A DNA stretch of 64,000 nucleotides from Synechococcus sp. (GCA_047285805.1 JBJBCN010000003.1:1-64000); one strand, 5' to 3'. Positions 22,378 to 37,301 are shown, numbered from the stretch's first letter. The notes: generated by a model from the sequence alone, not told the origin. Numbers and translations are program-made.

Positions 22378-23496
22378 CTAGCGCTTCATCAAGGTCGAGA
22401 GCTCAACGGGGGTAACGCTGACCTCCAGGGGGCGGCCATCCCGCTCCAGCTCAAGCCGCAAGGGGCGCCCAACGCCATATCGGCTGACCACCTGAATCAG
22501 GGCCGCCGGATCCGCCACCGCCTGCCCCGCCGCAGCCACGACCACATCGCCAGCCTGCATCCCAGCCCGGGCGGCGGGTCCACCCGGCATCACGCTGCGC
22601 ACCTTCGCCCCTGAGCCATTGCGCACCGGCTCAAGGGCGAGCCCGACCATCGCGTGGCTGACCTTGCCGCTAGTAACCAACTGTTGGGCCACCGAACGGG
22701 CCTGATTCACTGGAATGGCAAAGCCCAGGCCCGCCCCAGGACCGGAGCGCACCATGGTGTTGATGCCAATGACCTCACCATCGGCATTCAGCAACGGCCC
22801 TCCGGAATTGCCGGGGTTGATGGCAGCATCCGTCTGGATCAATTGCAGGCGCTTGTCGGTGATTCCCAAGGCCGCCGCGTTGCGATTGAGGCTGCTGACG
22901 ATCCCGAAGGTGACGGTCTGATCCAGCCCAAAAGGATTGCCCACGGCGATCACCCACTCCCCCACCTGCAGGGCATCGGAATCGCCCAGGGCTGCCACCG
23001 GCCAGGGACCCGGCCCGCTTAGCCGCACCACCGCTAGGTCCGTGACGTCGTCACTGCCAACCACCTTCCCCTCAAACCGCCGGCCGTCGGGGAGGCCCAC
23101 CATCACGCGCGTGCTGCCTTCAACAACGTGGGCATTGGTGAGCAGCAGGCCGGAGGCGTCGTAGAGCACCCCGCTGCCCTGGCCTCGCTCGGTCCGCTGG
23201 GAGGGCGGAATGCGGGTCGTGCCGCCCCCGGGCGGCAGCCCGAAAAACTGCCGCAGCCTGGGGCCGTTGAAAGGGAAGGGGGTCACCAGGGCCCCACCTG
23301 GGACCACGACGGTGCGCTCCGTGTCAATAGTGACCACCGCGGGACCGGTGCGATTGACCGCCTCGGCCACAAACGATTGGCGTGTGATCGCTGGGGCGGG
23401 GGCGCTTTGGGCGAACACCGGCGGCGGACCGGCCAAGAGCGCACCACCGCTGCTCGCCAGCAGAAGGCCGACCATCGGCGCTGCTAAGCCATACAT
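22378..23496 (-). CDS. HtrA/Deg serine protease with PDZ domain (start uncertain, up to 23553)
   Basis: [32 protein letters not shown] and a C-terminal PDZ domain. Confidence 0.93.
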   Translation of the reverse strand: MYGLAAPMVGLLLASSGGALLAGPPPVFAQSAPAPAITRQSFVAEAVNRTGPAVVTIDTERTVVVPGGALVTPFPFNGPRLRQFFGLPPGGGTTRIPPSQRTERGQGSGVLYDASGLLLTNAHVVEGSTRVMVGLPDGRRFEGKVVGSDDVTDLAVVRLSGPGPWPVAALGDSDALQVGEWVIAVGNPFGLDQTVTFGIVSSLNRNAAALGITDKRLQLIQTDAAINPGNSGGPLLNADGEVIGINTMVRSGPGAGLGFAIPVNQARSVAQQLVTSGKVSHAMVGLALEPVRNGSGAKVRSVMPGGPAARAGMQAGDVVVAAAGQAVADPAALIQVVSRYGVGRPLRLELERDGRPLEVSVTPVELSTLMKR

Positions 23497-23597
23497 CCGA
23501 TCTCGAGCAAATCTGCGAAACCGTAAGCAGAACGCTTCAAAGCACGCAACCACCGGAGCGCACGCGATGATGGTTGGATCGTGCGCCTGGCCGGTCC

Positions 23598-23864
23598 ATG
23601 CTCGCCACCACACCCGATCTCGGTTTGGTCGCCAGCAAGCTGCTCCCGCTGGTCTATGGCGCCTGTTTCATCGGCCTGCTCTGGCAGGCCTTTCGCATCA
23701 TGGCCCGCGGTTACTCGGCGGTGCCGCGCCCCGGCGATCAAGACCGCACCCCGAAAGGCGATCGCACCGGCCGGCTGACTATTCATCCCGAGCTGCTGGA
23801 TCAAGACGGACAACTCACCCAAGACGACCTGCTGACGGTTCGTTTTGGCGAAGACGACGACTAG
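23598..23864 (+). CDS. DUF2973-like membrane protein
   Basis: Transmembrane helix followed by [15 protein letters not shown]...DLLTVRF. Confidence 0.8.
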   Translation: MLATTPDLGLVASKLLPLVYGACFIGLLWQAFRIMARGYSAVPRPGDQDRTPKGDRTGRLTIHPELLDQDGQLTQDDLLTVRFGEDDD

Positions 23865-23953
23865 CCCGCCTGGTTGAACGACCCCAAGGCAGCCCGCTTG
23901 GACCCTCCAGCTGGTACAACCATTGGGTGTTTGTGAACATTGGCGGAGGCCGA

Positions 23954-24337
23954 GTGGAGCAAAGAACCCGGATCGTGGCTGCTGTGCTCAAGGCCATCAA
24001 GCTTCCCCCCCGCTTCCAGCTCAAGTTGGTGAAAGAGGATCCCGTTCGCCTGGAACTGATCCTGACCCCCGCCTACGGTAAAGACCCCATCCTGGTGGGC
24101 CTGGTTGAGTCCCAGGACCTCGTGGCCCGCCGCGACCGCGAGGGACGGATTCCCCGCGATCTTCAAGGCACCTGGGATTGGACGGTGCGTCACGGCAAGG
24201 TGAACACCGGCGGCTGGAATCCATATCTGAAGGAAGCCCTGCAAACGATGTTTGAGACCGGTCTGCCTGCCATCGTTTACGAAGAACTGACCGGCGAGCT
24301 CTATCACCCGGTCGATGGCGCGCGCCACGTGCGCTGA
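23954..24337 (+). CDS. Conserved cyanobacterial hypothetical protein
   Basis: GTG start after GGAGG; 127 aa; WDWTVRHG and GGWNP core; host codon usage. Confidence 0.75.
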   Translation: MEQRTRIVAAVLKAIKLPPRFQLKLVKEDPVRLELILTPAYGKDPILVGLVESQDLVARRDREGRIPRDLQGTWDWTVRHGKVNTGGWNPYLKEALQTMFETGLPAIVYEELTGELYHPVDGARHVR

Positions 24338-24354
24338 GCCCCGAACCAGCCACA

Positions 24355-26871
24355 GTGCCGCTTCCGATTGAGCCGCTGCTGCCTCAAATGGTGCATCAGC
24401 TCGCGCCAGGCGGCACCTTGCTGCTGCAGGCTCCGCCAGGTGCCGGAAAAACCACGGGCGTTCCCCTGGCGCTGCTGGAGGCTTTGGACCCGGAGAACGG
24501 CCGCATCTTGATGCTCGAGCCGCGTCGCTTGGCCGCCAAGGCCGCGGCCGAGCGCCTAGCCAGCAGCCTGGGGGAGGAGGTCGGCGAACGGGTTGGCTAT
24601 CGGGTCCGCCTGGAAAGCCGCGTGTCGGCGGCCACCCGGGTTGAGGTCCTGACCGACGGGCTCTTCCTGAGGCAACTGCAGTCCGACCCCAGCCTGGAGG
24701 GGGTGGCCTGCGTGATCTTCGATGAATTCCACGAGCGCCGCAGCGAGGCGGATCTCGCCCTCGCCCTGCTGCGGGAGGCCCGCACGCTGATTGCCCCGGA
24801 GGTGCGCCTCCTGGTGATGTCGGCGACGCTGAACCTCAAGCCCCTGCGCGCACAACTCCCGGAGGCGGCGCTGCTCACCAGCGAAGGGCGGAGCTTCCCG
24901 GTGGCCATCCAGCACCAACCGGCCCGGGAGCGCGAAACCCTGGCAGCCCAAGTGGTGCGGGCCCTGGAAGCCCAGTGGCTCGACCAACGCCAAGACCACG
25001 AATCGGTCCTTGTCTTCCTACCGGGGCAACGCCAGATTCAGCAGTGCCAAGAGGCGATCGCCAGCACCCGCTGGTCCGAGGATCTGGAGATCTGTCCCCT
25101 GCACGGCAACTTGCCACTGGGGGAGCAAAGCCGGGCGATCCAAGCCAGTCGCGGCCCCGCAGGGAAGGTGGTGCTAGCTACGGCCATTGCTGAAAGCTCC
25201 CTGACGATTGCGGGGGTAACACTGGTCATCGACAGCGGCCTCAGTCGCCGCAGCCGCTTTGATCCCGCCAGCGGCATGGAGAGTCTGGTGACCCTGCCCG
25301 CCAGCCAGGCCAGCGCCGAACAACGGGCCGGACGGGCCGGACGCCTGGGACCGGGGCGGGCGATTCGCCTCTGGAGCCCCGCCGAACAGCAGCGGCGCCC
25401 CGCCTTTGACCCACCGGCCCTGCTGGAGGCCGACCCGGCCCCGCTGGTGCTGCAACTGGCCCAATGGGGAGCGGGCCTTGGGGAGGAGCTGCCGTGGCTG
25501 GAGCCGCCGCCACGGCCCCACCTGCTGGAGGGGCAAGACCTGCTTCGGCAGCTGGGGGCCCTGAACGGGGCGGGGCAACTCAGCTCACATGGCCGCCAAC
25601 TCAGCCAACTCGGGGTGCATCCCCGCTTGGGACAGGTGCTGCTGCAGTCACGGGACCTGGGCATCCCGAGCCTGGGCTGTGCCCTGGCGGCCCTGCTGAG
25701 CGAACGGGACCCGTTGCGGCTCGACGAGGCCGGCTGCGACCTGCTCCGCCGGTTGGATTGGCTGCGGCAGAACGGGCGCGACCATCGCCGCCGCACCATC
25801 CAGCAACTGCAGGCGCAGCTGGAGCGCCAGCTCAAGGGCATGAAGACGGACGCCCCTCACCCCCAACCGGCAGCGCCGGGCGATGAGGCCGTCCTCTGCG
25901 CGGAGCTGATTGCCCATGCCTACCCCGAGCGGGTCAGCCTGCAGCGCCCCGGTACGCCCGGCCGCTACCAGCTCCGCTCCGGCCGTGGGGCGGAGCTCCA
26001 TCCCGGCGACCCCCTCTGGGGCAGCGAGGCCCTGGCCATTGCCCATGCCGATGGGGGCGGCAGCGACTGCCGGATTCAACTGGCCTTGGCCCTTCCCAAA
26101 AGCAGCCTCGAGCACCTCGCGCGGGAGCAGGGCGAATACCGGCAGGCGGTGAGCTGGGATTCGGCTCAAGGGCGGGTCAAAGCCGAGGAGTGCCTGCAAC
26201 TGGGGGCCCTCACGATGGAGCGCCGCCCCCTGCGGGATCCCCCCGCTGCGGCTCTACGGTCCGCCCTGTTGGAGGGCCTGGCCGATCTGGGGCTGGAGGC
26301 CCTGCCCTGGAGCACGACCGCACGGCAACTGCAGCAGCGTCTCTGCGTGGCCCACAGGGAAATGGGCGAACCCTGGCTCGACCGCAGCGAAGCCGCGCTC
26401 CTGGCGGATCCCGAACGCTGGCTGGGCGATCAATTGGACGGACTGCGCTCACGCCAGGACCTGCAGGAACTCAACCTCTGCGAGGCCCTCTGGAGTGGGA
26501 TGGACTGGTCAATGCGGCAGGAACTTGAGGCCCTGCTGCCGACGCGCTTGGCGATTCCCTCCGGCCGCGAAGCCAGCCTGGATTACACCGACGGAACGCC
26601 GGTGCTCGCCGTCAAGCTGCAGGAGCTCTTTGGTGCCGCCACCACCCCCACGGTGCTGCGCGGACGCCTGCCGGTCACGATGCAGCTGCTCTCGCCAGCC
26701 GGTCGACCCGCCGCGATCACCCAGGACCTTGCCGGGTTCTGGAACGGGGCTTACAAGGACGTCCGGCGGGACCTGCGGGGACGCTACCCCCGCCATCCCT
26801 GGCCCGAAGATCCGGCCAATGCGCAGGCGACGGCCCTCACCAAAAAACGCCTGGAGCAACAACAGCGCTAG
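24355..26871 (+). CDS. hrpB: ATP-dependent helicase HrpB
   Basis: APPGAGKTT, DEFHER, MSAT, QRAGRAGR and YPRHPWP. Confidence 0.96.
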   Translation: MPLPIEPLLPQMVHQLAPGGTLLLQAPPGAGKTTGVPLALLEALDPENGRILMLEPRRLAAKAAAERLASSLGEEVGERVGYRVRLESRVSAATRVEVLTDGLFLRQLQSDPSLEGVACVIFDEFHERRSEADLALALLREARTLIAPEVRLLVMSATLNLKPLRAQLPEAALLTSEGRSFPVAIQHQPARERETLAAQVVRALEAQWLDQRQDHESVLVFLPGQRQIQQCQEAIASTRWSEDLEICPLHGNLPLGEQSRAIQASRGPAGKVVLATAIAESSLTIAGVTLVIDSGLSRRSRFDPASGMESLVTLPASQASAEQRAGRAGRLGPGRAIRLWSPAEQQRRPAFDPPALLEADPAPLVLQLAQWGAGLGEELPWLEPPPRPHLLEGQDLLRQLGALNGAGQLSSHGRQLSQLGVHPRLGQVLLQSRDLGIPSLGCALAALLSERDPLRLDEAGCDLLRRLDWLRQNGRDHRRRTIQQLQAQLERQLKGMKTDAPHPQPAAPGDEAVLCAELIAHAYPERVSLQRPGTPGRYQLRSGRGAELHPGDPLWGSEALAIAHADGGGSDCRIQLALALPKSSLEHLAREQGEYRQAVSWDSAQGRVKAEECLQLGALTMERRPLRDPPAAALRSALLEGLADLGLEALPWSTTARQLQQRLCVAHREMGEPWLDRSEAALLADPERWLGDQLDGLRSRQDLQELNLCEALWSGMDWSMRQELEALLPTRLAIPSGREASLDYTDGTPVLAVKLQELFGAATTPTVLRGRLPVTMQLLSPAGRPAAITQDLAGFWNGAYKDVRRDLRGRYPRHPWPEDPANAQATALTKKRLEQQQR

Positions 26872-27680
26872 GAGGTCCAGAGGTGGCCAAAGCCAAAGTG
26901 GCGCAGCCCCTCGGCGATCCCCTGGCAACCATGGCCGTGGGCGTAATAAACGCCCGCGAGACGGGGCAACTGCTCCACCAAGGCCGGTTCGGCATTGCCG
27001 ACCATGACCCCCTTGAGGCCGGTTTCGAACATCGCCAGATCGTTGAGGGTGTCGCCGGCGGTCACCACCGTCGCTTGATCGACCTCCAGCCACTCCAGGA
27101 GTGAGAGCAGGGTTGTCCCCTTGTTCACCCCGCCGGGGAGCACGTCGAAATAGCGGTTGTCGGAGAGCACCACCGTGGCCCCCTCCGCCTCAATGATGGG
27201 GATCAGGTCATGGTTGAACTGATCGGGGTCCACATAGAAAGCCAGACGGCGATTGGAGCTCATCGGCTGCAGCTCCAGCCCGGGCTGCCCATCCAAGAGG
27301 ACCCGCAGCCGCGGTTCGAGGGCTTGCCAACGCTGCTCGATCAGATCAACCACAAGGGGCACCGGCAGCAGCGAGGTGCCGCAGGCCACGGTGCACCCCA
27401 CGTCACCAATGACGAGATGGGGGGCGGCGAGCCCCAACGGTTCGTCCTCGCCCAGCACCTGGGCAATGGCACCGAGATCCCTGCCGGTGCAGAAGACATG
27501 GAGGACACGCTCCCGTTGCGCGGCCAGCCAGCTATAGAAGGCCTGGCGCTCGTCGTTAGGTCCCCCCAGCAGGGTGCCATCGAGGTCAGTGACCAGGACC
27601 AGCTCCGGGCGCTCCGGCAGCGGCGCGGAGATTTGGCTTTGCAAACGCGCTCGAGGGGAGGTCACAAGGCACGCGGGCAA
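26868..27680 (-). CDS. HAD-IIB sugar-phosphate phosphatase (sucrose-phosphatase / GgpPS N-domain-like); start may be further downstream
   Basis: TDLDGTL, TGR, IGDVG, GVNKG, AGDTLND and VGNA. Confidence 0.85.
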   Translation of the reverse strand: MPACLVTSPRARLQSQISAPLPERPELVLVTDLDGTLLGGPNDERQAFYSWLAAQRERVLHVFCTGRDLGAIAQVLGEDEPLGLAAPHLVIGDVGCTVACGTSLLPVPLVVDLIEQRWQALEPRLRVLLDGQPGLELQPMSSNRRLAFYVDPDQFNHDLIPIIEAEGATVVLSDNRYFDVLPGGVNKGTTLLSLLEWLEVDQATVVTAGDTLNDLAMFETGLKGVMVGNAEPALVEQLPRLAGVYYAHGHGCQGIAEGLRHFGFGHLWTS

Positions 27681-27698
27681 AGGCGTGCCAACGCTATC

Positions 27699-27915
27699 GG
27701 TGGGTCAAACTGGCTGCGGTTGTGCGATCTGCAGAGTCCTGGCCCGCTTCTACGCCAAAAATCGCCGGGACGGTGCCCGCCTGCTCAGCTCTGCACTCGT
27801 GCTGACCAACATTGCCCTGTTCAACCTTCAGAATCCGGTTGGCCTCAGCCTGAGCGTGGTCGGCGCCCTGGTCTGCCTCTATTGGTGGAGCTGCTACCGC
27901 CAACTCGAGCGCTGA
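27699..27915 (+). CDS. Small two-helix membrane protein; start coordinate approximate
   Basis: C-terminal part of ORF 27574..27915 (FYAKNRRDGARLLSSALV...CLYWWSCYRQLE) has two hydrophobic segments. Confidence 0.5.
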
Positions 27916-27936
27916 TGCTCCCGCGCGCCTGAGCCC

Positions 27937-29091
27937 GTGTTGAAGAGCGACTCCGGCATCCCGCGTTACAGCGTCACGGAACTGAACCAATCGATTGGAT
28001 CGCTGTTGGAGCGCGGCTTTGCGCCTCGGTTTCTACTGGAGGCCACCGTTTCACGGCCACAGCTGAAGAAGGGCCACCTCTGGCTGACCCTGGTCGATGA
28101 ATCGGCGTCGATCTCTGGGGTGATCTGGTCCTCCCAGCGGGAGCGCCTGAGCTACCAGCCCCGCGAAGGGGATGGGGTGCTCGTGGTCGGCAAGCTGAAC
28201 TTCTGGGCCAGCCGCGCCAACCTCTGCGTTCAGATCCTGGACATCCGGCCAGCCCTGAACGCGGTGCTGCGGCAGTTCGAGCGGGTCTGCGCCGTGCTGG
28301 AGCCGGAGGGCCTATTGGCGGCCGAGCGCAAGCGGGCCCTTCCGGAGATGCCAGCGGCCATTGCCCTGATGACGAGCGTGCCCAGCTCCGCGCTGGCGGA
28401 CATGCTGCGCACGGCCCAAGAGCGCTGGCCGGCGACCACGGTCCACGTCGTCCCGATCCCCGTGCAGGGGATGGTTGCCCGAAAGATTCGAGAGCGCCTG
28501 GCGGAGGTGATCGGACGCAGCGTCGACGAGCAGATTGAGGCGATCGTCCTCGCCAGGGGGGGCGGCAGCCGGGAAGATCTAGCAGTCTTCGATGACGAGG
28601 ACCTGGCCCGGGACCTGGCGGCCAGTTCGATCCCAGTGGTGACCGGCCTGGGCCACGAGGACGACACGACCGTGGCGGATCTTGTGGCGGATTACCGGGC
28701 CGCGACCCCAACGGCGGCGATCGTGTCCCTGCTGCCGGACCGGGAGGCCTTGACCCAGGGACTCCAACACCGTCTGGCAATCGTCCGTCAGCTGATGCTG
28801 CACCGCCTCCAGCAGGGACAGCAACGTCTCGAACTACAGCGCCAGAGGCTGAACCAATGTCACCCGCACCTGCTGCTGGAGCAGGAGCGCGTCCAGCTGA
28901 AGCAACGGTTGCAGTTGCTCGAAGCCCTCTCACCGCAACGGCTGCTGAGACGCGGCTTCTCCTTGGTGCGCAAGGCCGACGGTTCCCTGCTGCGCTCCGT
29001 CAGCCAGAGCCAAGAGGGGGATGCGCTCCGTCTGGAACTGGTAGACGGCAAGATCGAAGCGGTGGTGAAGCACGTGAGCGCCCAAGCCTGA
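27937..29091 (+). CDS. xseA: Exodeoxyribonuclease VII large subunit
   Basis: SVTELN, GHLWLTL, ARGGGSREDL, GLGHEDD and TPTAA. Confidence 0.95.
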   Translation: MLKSDSGIPRYSVTELNQSIGSLLERGFAPRFLLEATVSRPQLKKGHLWLTLVDESASISGVIWSSQRERLSYQPREGDGVLVVGKLNFWASRANLCVQILDIRPALNAVLRQFERVCAVLEPEGLLAAERKRALPEMPAAIALMTSVPSSALADMLRTAQERWPATTVHVVPIPVQGMVARKIRERLAEVIGRSVDEQIEAIVLARGGGSREDLAVFDDEDLARDLAASSIPVVTGLGHEDDTTVADLVADYRAATPTAAIVSLLPDREALTQGLQHRLAIVRQLMLHRLQQGQQRLELQRQRLNQCHPHLLLEQERVQLKQRLQLLEALSPQRLLRRGFSLVRKADGSLLRSVSQSQEGDALRLELVDGKIEAVVKHVSAQA

Positions 29092-29095
29092 TGCG

Positions 29096-29371
29096 ATGAC
29101 CGAGAGCAAGCCGCAACACAAACGTAGAAAAACGGCCAGCAAGAGCAATGCGGCTGAGGCCGAGCAGTGGCAGAAGGAGGTGGAGCAACTGAGCTACCAG
29201 GAGGCAACCAGGGGCCTGGAGCTCACCCTGGCCAAGCTGCAATCGGCGGAGTTGGAGGTGGAAGAGATGGCCGGGCTGTATCACCGGGCCGAGGTCTATG
29301 CGGCCCGCTGCCAAGTCGTCCTCGAGCAGGTGGCCCAGGAAGTGGTCGAATGGGAGGCACTGAGCTCCTAA
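29096..29371 (+). CDS. xseB: Exodeoxyribonuclease VII small subunit
   Basis: LSYQEA...LE...LQ..ELEVEEM pattern; follows xseA. Confidence 0.88.
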   Translation: MTESKPQHKRRKTASKSNAAEAEQWQKEVEQLSYQEATRGLELTLAKLQSAELEVEEMAGLYHRAEVYAARCQVVLEQVAQEVVEWEALSS

Positions 29372-29379
29372 AGACCGCG

Positions 29380-29748
29380 ATGGCCGCCAAACCCGTGCAG
29401 CAACAGTGGCTGGCCTGGGTTTATCTCGCCCTGGCGGTGGCCGGTGGCGTCCTGCCCTGGCTCTCCAACCTGGAGTTCATGCGGGAGTACGGCGCCAGCT
29501 TTGACCTGGCACAGTTCATCGCCTTGGCGAATGCCAATCCAGCTGCGGAATCGCTCTCCCGTGATTTACTCGTGGGAGCGTCGGCGATCACGATCTGGAT
29601 GATCGTCGAGAGCCGTCGCCTGCAGATGCGCCACCTCTGGATCGTGCTGCTCAGTGCAGGCACGATCGCCTTTGCCTTCGCAGCCCCCTTCTTTCTGTTT
29701 CTGCGGGAGCGCCGTCTGGCCGAAATGGCCCGAACTGCGGAAGGCTGA
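29380..29748 (+). CDS. DUF2834-like membrane protein
   Basis: ANPAAESLSRDL and APFFLFLRER; three hydrophobic helices. Confidence 0.8.
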   Translation: MAAKPVQQQWLAWVYLALAVAGGVLPWLSNLEFMREYGASFDLAQFIALANANPAAESLSRDLLVGASAITIWMIVESRRLQMRHLWIVLLSAGTIAFAFAAPFFLFLRERRLAEMARTAEG

Positions 29749-30096
29749 CTACTGGTCCGTGACGTCTTGCACTTGAACGTCGACGACCGCGTCACTGGCG
29801 GGGGAATCGACAGGCTTGGCCGCTGAGCCAGAGGTACGCACTTGCGTGAGGTCAGCGCCGCAGGCCGGACAGAGTGCGGAGCCAACGCTGGGGGTGCCGC
29901 AAGCCGGGCAGGTCACAAGGCGGCGCTTGAACCACTGCCAGGCCAAAAATCCGGCCCCGCTGAGCACGAGCGGGCCAAAGACAAGCAACAGGGTGATGCC
30001 CTCGAGGACATCCACGAACAGACGACCGGCCAAGCCTGGTGCGATCAAGAGAACGCCGATCAGCGAGATCCAGAGCCAAGGAGTCGTACGTTGCAT
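29749..30096 (-). CDS. Membrane protein with zinc-ribbon motif
   Basis: Two transmembrane helices followed by CPACG...CPACG. Confidence 0.75.
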   Translation of the reverse strand: MQRTTPWLWISLIGVLLIAPGLAGRLFVDVLEGITLLLVFGPLVLSGAGFLAWQWFKRRLVTCPACGTPSVGSALCPACGADLTQVRTSGSAAKPVDSPASDAVVDVQVQDVTDQ

Positions 30097-30128
30097 CGCC
30101 TAGTGGGAACGGAGCTACCGCACGGTCA

Positions 30129-31091
30129 TCATCCTGCCGAAAGCTCCCGGCGCTTGCTGCAGACAACGCTGAGGGCCATGCCGTAATAGACAACGAGTGC
30201 CACCAGCCAGACCCAGAGGCTCAGGACCAGGACGCCACCAATGACGCCATAGGCCTGAAAGCGAGCACCAAGGGAAATCAGGCTTCGGCCCAGAGCCAGG
30301 TTGAGACCGGTGAGGGCAGTGCCGATCAGGAACGAACCAGGAAGCAGTGGCCGCAGCGGCACCCGCCGGGTGGGCATGAACGCCAGCAGAACAAACGCCA
30401 AAGAGCAGCTGATCAGAACACTGATCCCCAAATCCACCAACAGAGGCACAGGCGCCCAGAGGTGCAATTGCTCGGGCAACCAACTCTCCAAGAGGGAACG
30501 CCAGCTCCCAGGCTTCAGCAAACGCAGGTTCGTTGTGAGCTGATCAAGGACGACAAAGAAGCCGATCAGAACAACAACAATGAGCGACTCAATACGGTTA
30601 CGAATGAACTTCCAGACCGGCGCCTTCCAGTTCTCCGGTGGAGTCAGGATTGGCCGAAATCCCCACAGCCGGTCCGCGCCGCGCTGAAGACTGAGATAAG
30701 CGTTCGTCGAAGAAACTACCAAGAAGATGACACCAATCAAGCCAGCACCGGTGCCCTGTTTATAGAGACGAAGCAGCGTCGTACTCACCAAGGGCAAGGC
30801 CGAAGGCGGCAAAAATTGATCCGCAAAGGCGATGACCTGATCAGCCAGGCCATCCATCCGACCCAGGACAAGGCCGGCAACACCTAATGCAATCAGAAGA
30901 ATCGGGAAGAAGGATTGAAGACTGTGATAGGCAAATGCCGCGCTGAGATCGACACAATCTTCCCGATCCCAGAGGCGATAGGCCTTCCAGAACGGCTTCA
31001 CAATGGCGCGCCAGCGACGCGAACCCACCAACACCTGCACAATCACTTGGCCTGAATCAAGAATAGGCCTTCGCCTCGGTCGCCCCATCAA
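30129..31091 (-). CDS. YihY/BrkB family membrane protein
   Basis: LSAAFAYHSLQSFFP and AYGVIGGVLVLSLWVW. Confidence 0.9.
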   Translation of the reverse strand: MMGRPRRRPILDSGQVIVQVLVGSRRWRAIVKPFWKAYRLWDREDCVDLSAAFAYHSLQSFFPILLIALGVAGLVLGRMDGLADQVIAFADQFLPPSALPLVSTTLLRLYKQGTGAGLIGVIFLVVSSTNAYLSLQRGADRLWGFRPILTPPENWKAPVWKFIRNRIESLIVVVLIGFFVVLDQLTTNLRLLKPGSWRSLLESWLPEQLHLWAPVPLLVDLGISVLISCSLAFVLLAFMPTRRVPLRPLLPGSFLIGTALTGLNLALGRSLISLGARFQAYGVIGGVLVLSLWVWLVALVVYYGMALSVVCSKRRELSAG

Positions 31092-31138
31092 GACGCAGCG
31101 CGGGCGGGGCGACCACCACCCATCTATTTGTAGGCAAC

Positions 31139-31164
31139 AAAAAAGCCACCCTTTTGGGGTGGCT
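31139..31164 (-). terminator. rRNA operon terminator
   Basis: Minus strand AGCCACCCC-aaaa-GGGTGGCT-TTTTT downstream of 5S. Confidence 0.8.
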
Positions 31165-31236
31165 ATCTCGTCTCAACCCATGGCTGACCTCATCAGAGGA
31201 AAGCAGCATGGATTGAGTTAATGGAGCGAATGTTTT

Positions 31237-31354
31237 ACCTGGCATCGACCTATTTTCTCAGGGGGCTACCCCCCAAATATCGTCGGCGCTACAGCGTTTC
31301 ACAGCCGAGTTCGAGATGGATCGAAGTGGTTCCACTGCGCCATGGACACCAGGA
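31237..31354 (-). rRNA. rrf: 5S rRNA
   Basis: TCCTGGTGTCCATGGCG...CGAACTCGG...GATGCCAGG on the minus strand. Confidence 0.95.
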
Positions 31355-31502
31355 TAGGTATTCGCTCTCAGGTGAACCCTGAGAACTGCACAGGTTACGA
31401 ACTGATCTCTTGCTTGCTTTCGCAAGCGCAAGTTAGTCGCTCTGGAATTCAAAAGCTCTCCACGTTGACGGTTAAGTCGTTGTGTTTTGAGAGATGAGAT
31501 TT

Positions 31503-34376
<2,874 letters not shown>

Positions 34377-34589
34377 AATTAATCCTCCTAACGCTTCAGG
34401 CTGTTGAGGCCCATTCTCTCGAGTTTCTCTTAAAGCATTGCTGCTTGAGTTAGAAACAAGGATCAAACTCCCCGTTCCTCGGCGGATTGGGAAGAACGCT
34501 AGAAGGTCTCGGCTCTCAAAAATAGAATCACTAGTTCTTTCGAACTAGCCTCTATGAGATGCTTTTGTCTTTCCAGACTCACCTATGCA

Positions 34590-34602
34590 GTTGTCAAGGT
34601 TC
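34590..34602 (-). promoter_or_regulatory. ITS boxA-like antitermination / 23S processing element
   Basis: GAACCTTGACAAC on the minus strand; imperfect complement present in the 23S-5S spacer. Confidence 0.65.
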
Positions 34603-34777
34603 TGCTAAATCCTCTCTCTTTCGGGAGTGAACTCAGCATCAGCTCAATCTTGACTCAAGTTTGAATCAGCAATGAGCTGAGGCTGAATACATCTGGTAAA
34701 ACCAGTGGATTCTCTGCGAACAACGTCTAGTCACCAACCAAGAAGCTCTTCCTGGCTTAGGAGTTCAGATGTGTTAG

Positions 34778-34850
34778 TGGAGGTTAGCGGACTCGAACCG
34801 CTGACATCCTGCTTGCAAAGCAGGCGCTCTACCAACTGAGCTAAACCCCC
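34778..34850 (-). tRNA. tRNA-Ala(TGC)
   Basis: GGGGGTTTAGCTCAGTTGG...TTTGCAA...GGTTCGAGTCC cloverleaf in the ITS. Confidence 0.97.
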
Positions 34851-34876
34851 AAATGATCCAAAACTGGATTTTGGAA

Positions 34877-34950
<74 letters not shown>

Positions 34951-35124
34951 AGGAAGTGAACCCTCTATGGGGTGACCTAGACAACGTTTAGGAACTAAAA
35001 ATCAATGAATCAGCAGAGCGAGCTCTCTGACTACTGAAGTTGAGGTACCGATCGACCTAAGGTGACAGGATTTCGGCCTAAGAATAAAAGTACTCAAGCA
35101 TCAAAATCGTTGTTTGTCTCCCTG

Positions 35125-36609
<1,485 letters not shown>

Positions 36610-37060
36610 AGATCAAATCCTATTGACTGCTTACGCAATCTCAATCTGATTTGCTTCACCCACAACTCGCACTGGCGCACGGTTGCAGTTGATGCCACTT
36701 CCTCTGACAGAAGCGTTCAAAGAGTGCAAAACAAAATCTCTTTCGTTCAGACTTTCCAGGATCTCAGATCCGGTCGTTGCTCCACTCGCTGCACACCGAC
36801 ACAACCATCAACCGTGAGAGTCGACAATCATGCAAGCAACAAGCTTCCACAACTAAAAAACTTTTGACGGGACCTCACACCCTCACTGCATCTTCGTTAA
36901 CCACAAAACCTTCACCTCTCGGCTCTGGCGGTGACTAACGCAGTGAAAGCGTCAGTTCCTAAACGTTCAGTTGTCCAGGTGCTCCGATCGCCACACGCTT
37001 CTCAGCTCGACCCTCTCAGGTCTTTCGGGCTCTCGGTCCGCGGCCTCGCGACCGCTTGTT

Positions 37061-37160
37061 GAACTTACATCACCGAGTTCCCTCGGCTTTCAGTTCACTA
37101 GCGGCATCGCTGCCGCCGATCGAACCTACACCACCAAGTTTCCTCGGCTTCCAGTTCGCT
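37061..37160 (-). repeat. Two 39-bp direct repeats (33/39 identical, period 61) in the putative rRNA leader
   Basis: 37061-37099 versus 37122-37160. Confidence 0.8.
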
Positions 37161-37194
37161 GCTCACTCACCTCGCGGTTTGCTCGCAGCACATA

Positions 37195-37225
37195 ACCATA
37201 ACACCATCTACCCCTCACTGGTCAA
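37195..37225 (-). promoter_or_regulatory. Candidate rRNA operon promoter
   Basis: TTGACC-N19-TATGGT with an extended TGn motif; spacing longer than canonical. Confidence 0.45.
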
Positions 37226-37301
37226 GCGTCCTTCCATGGCTGACGAAACCCCAGACTATTTCTAGGGTTTGACAAGAGAGGCGACGAGCGGGAGGCCAGT
37301 C

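Noticed and set aside
37061..37160. Repeat-spacer-repeat as a mini CRISPR array
   Set aside because: Only two diverged copies with a 22-nt gap and no cas genes; located in the rRNA leader
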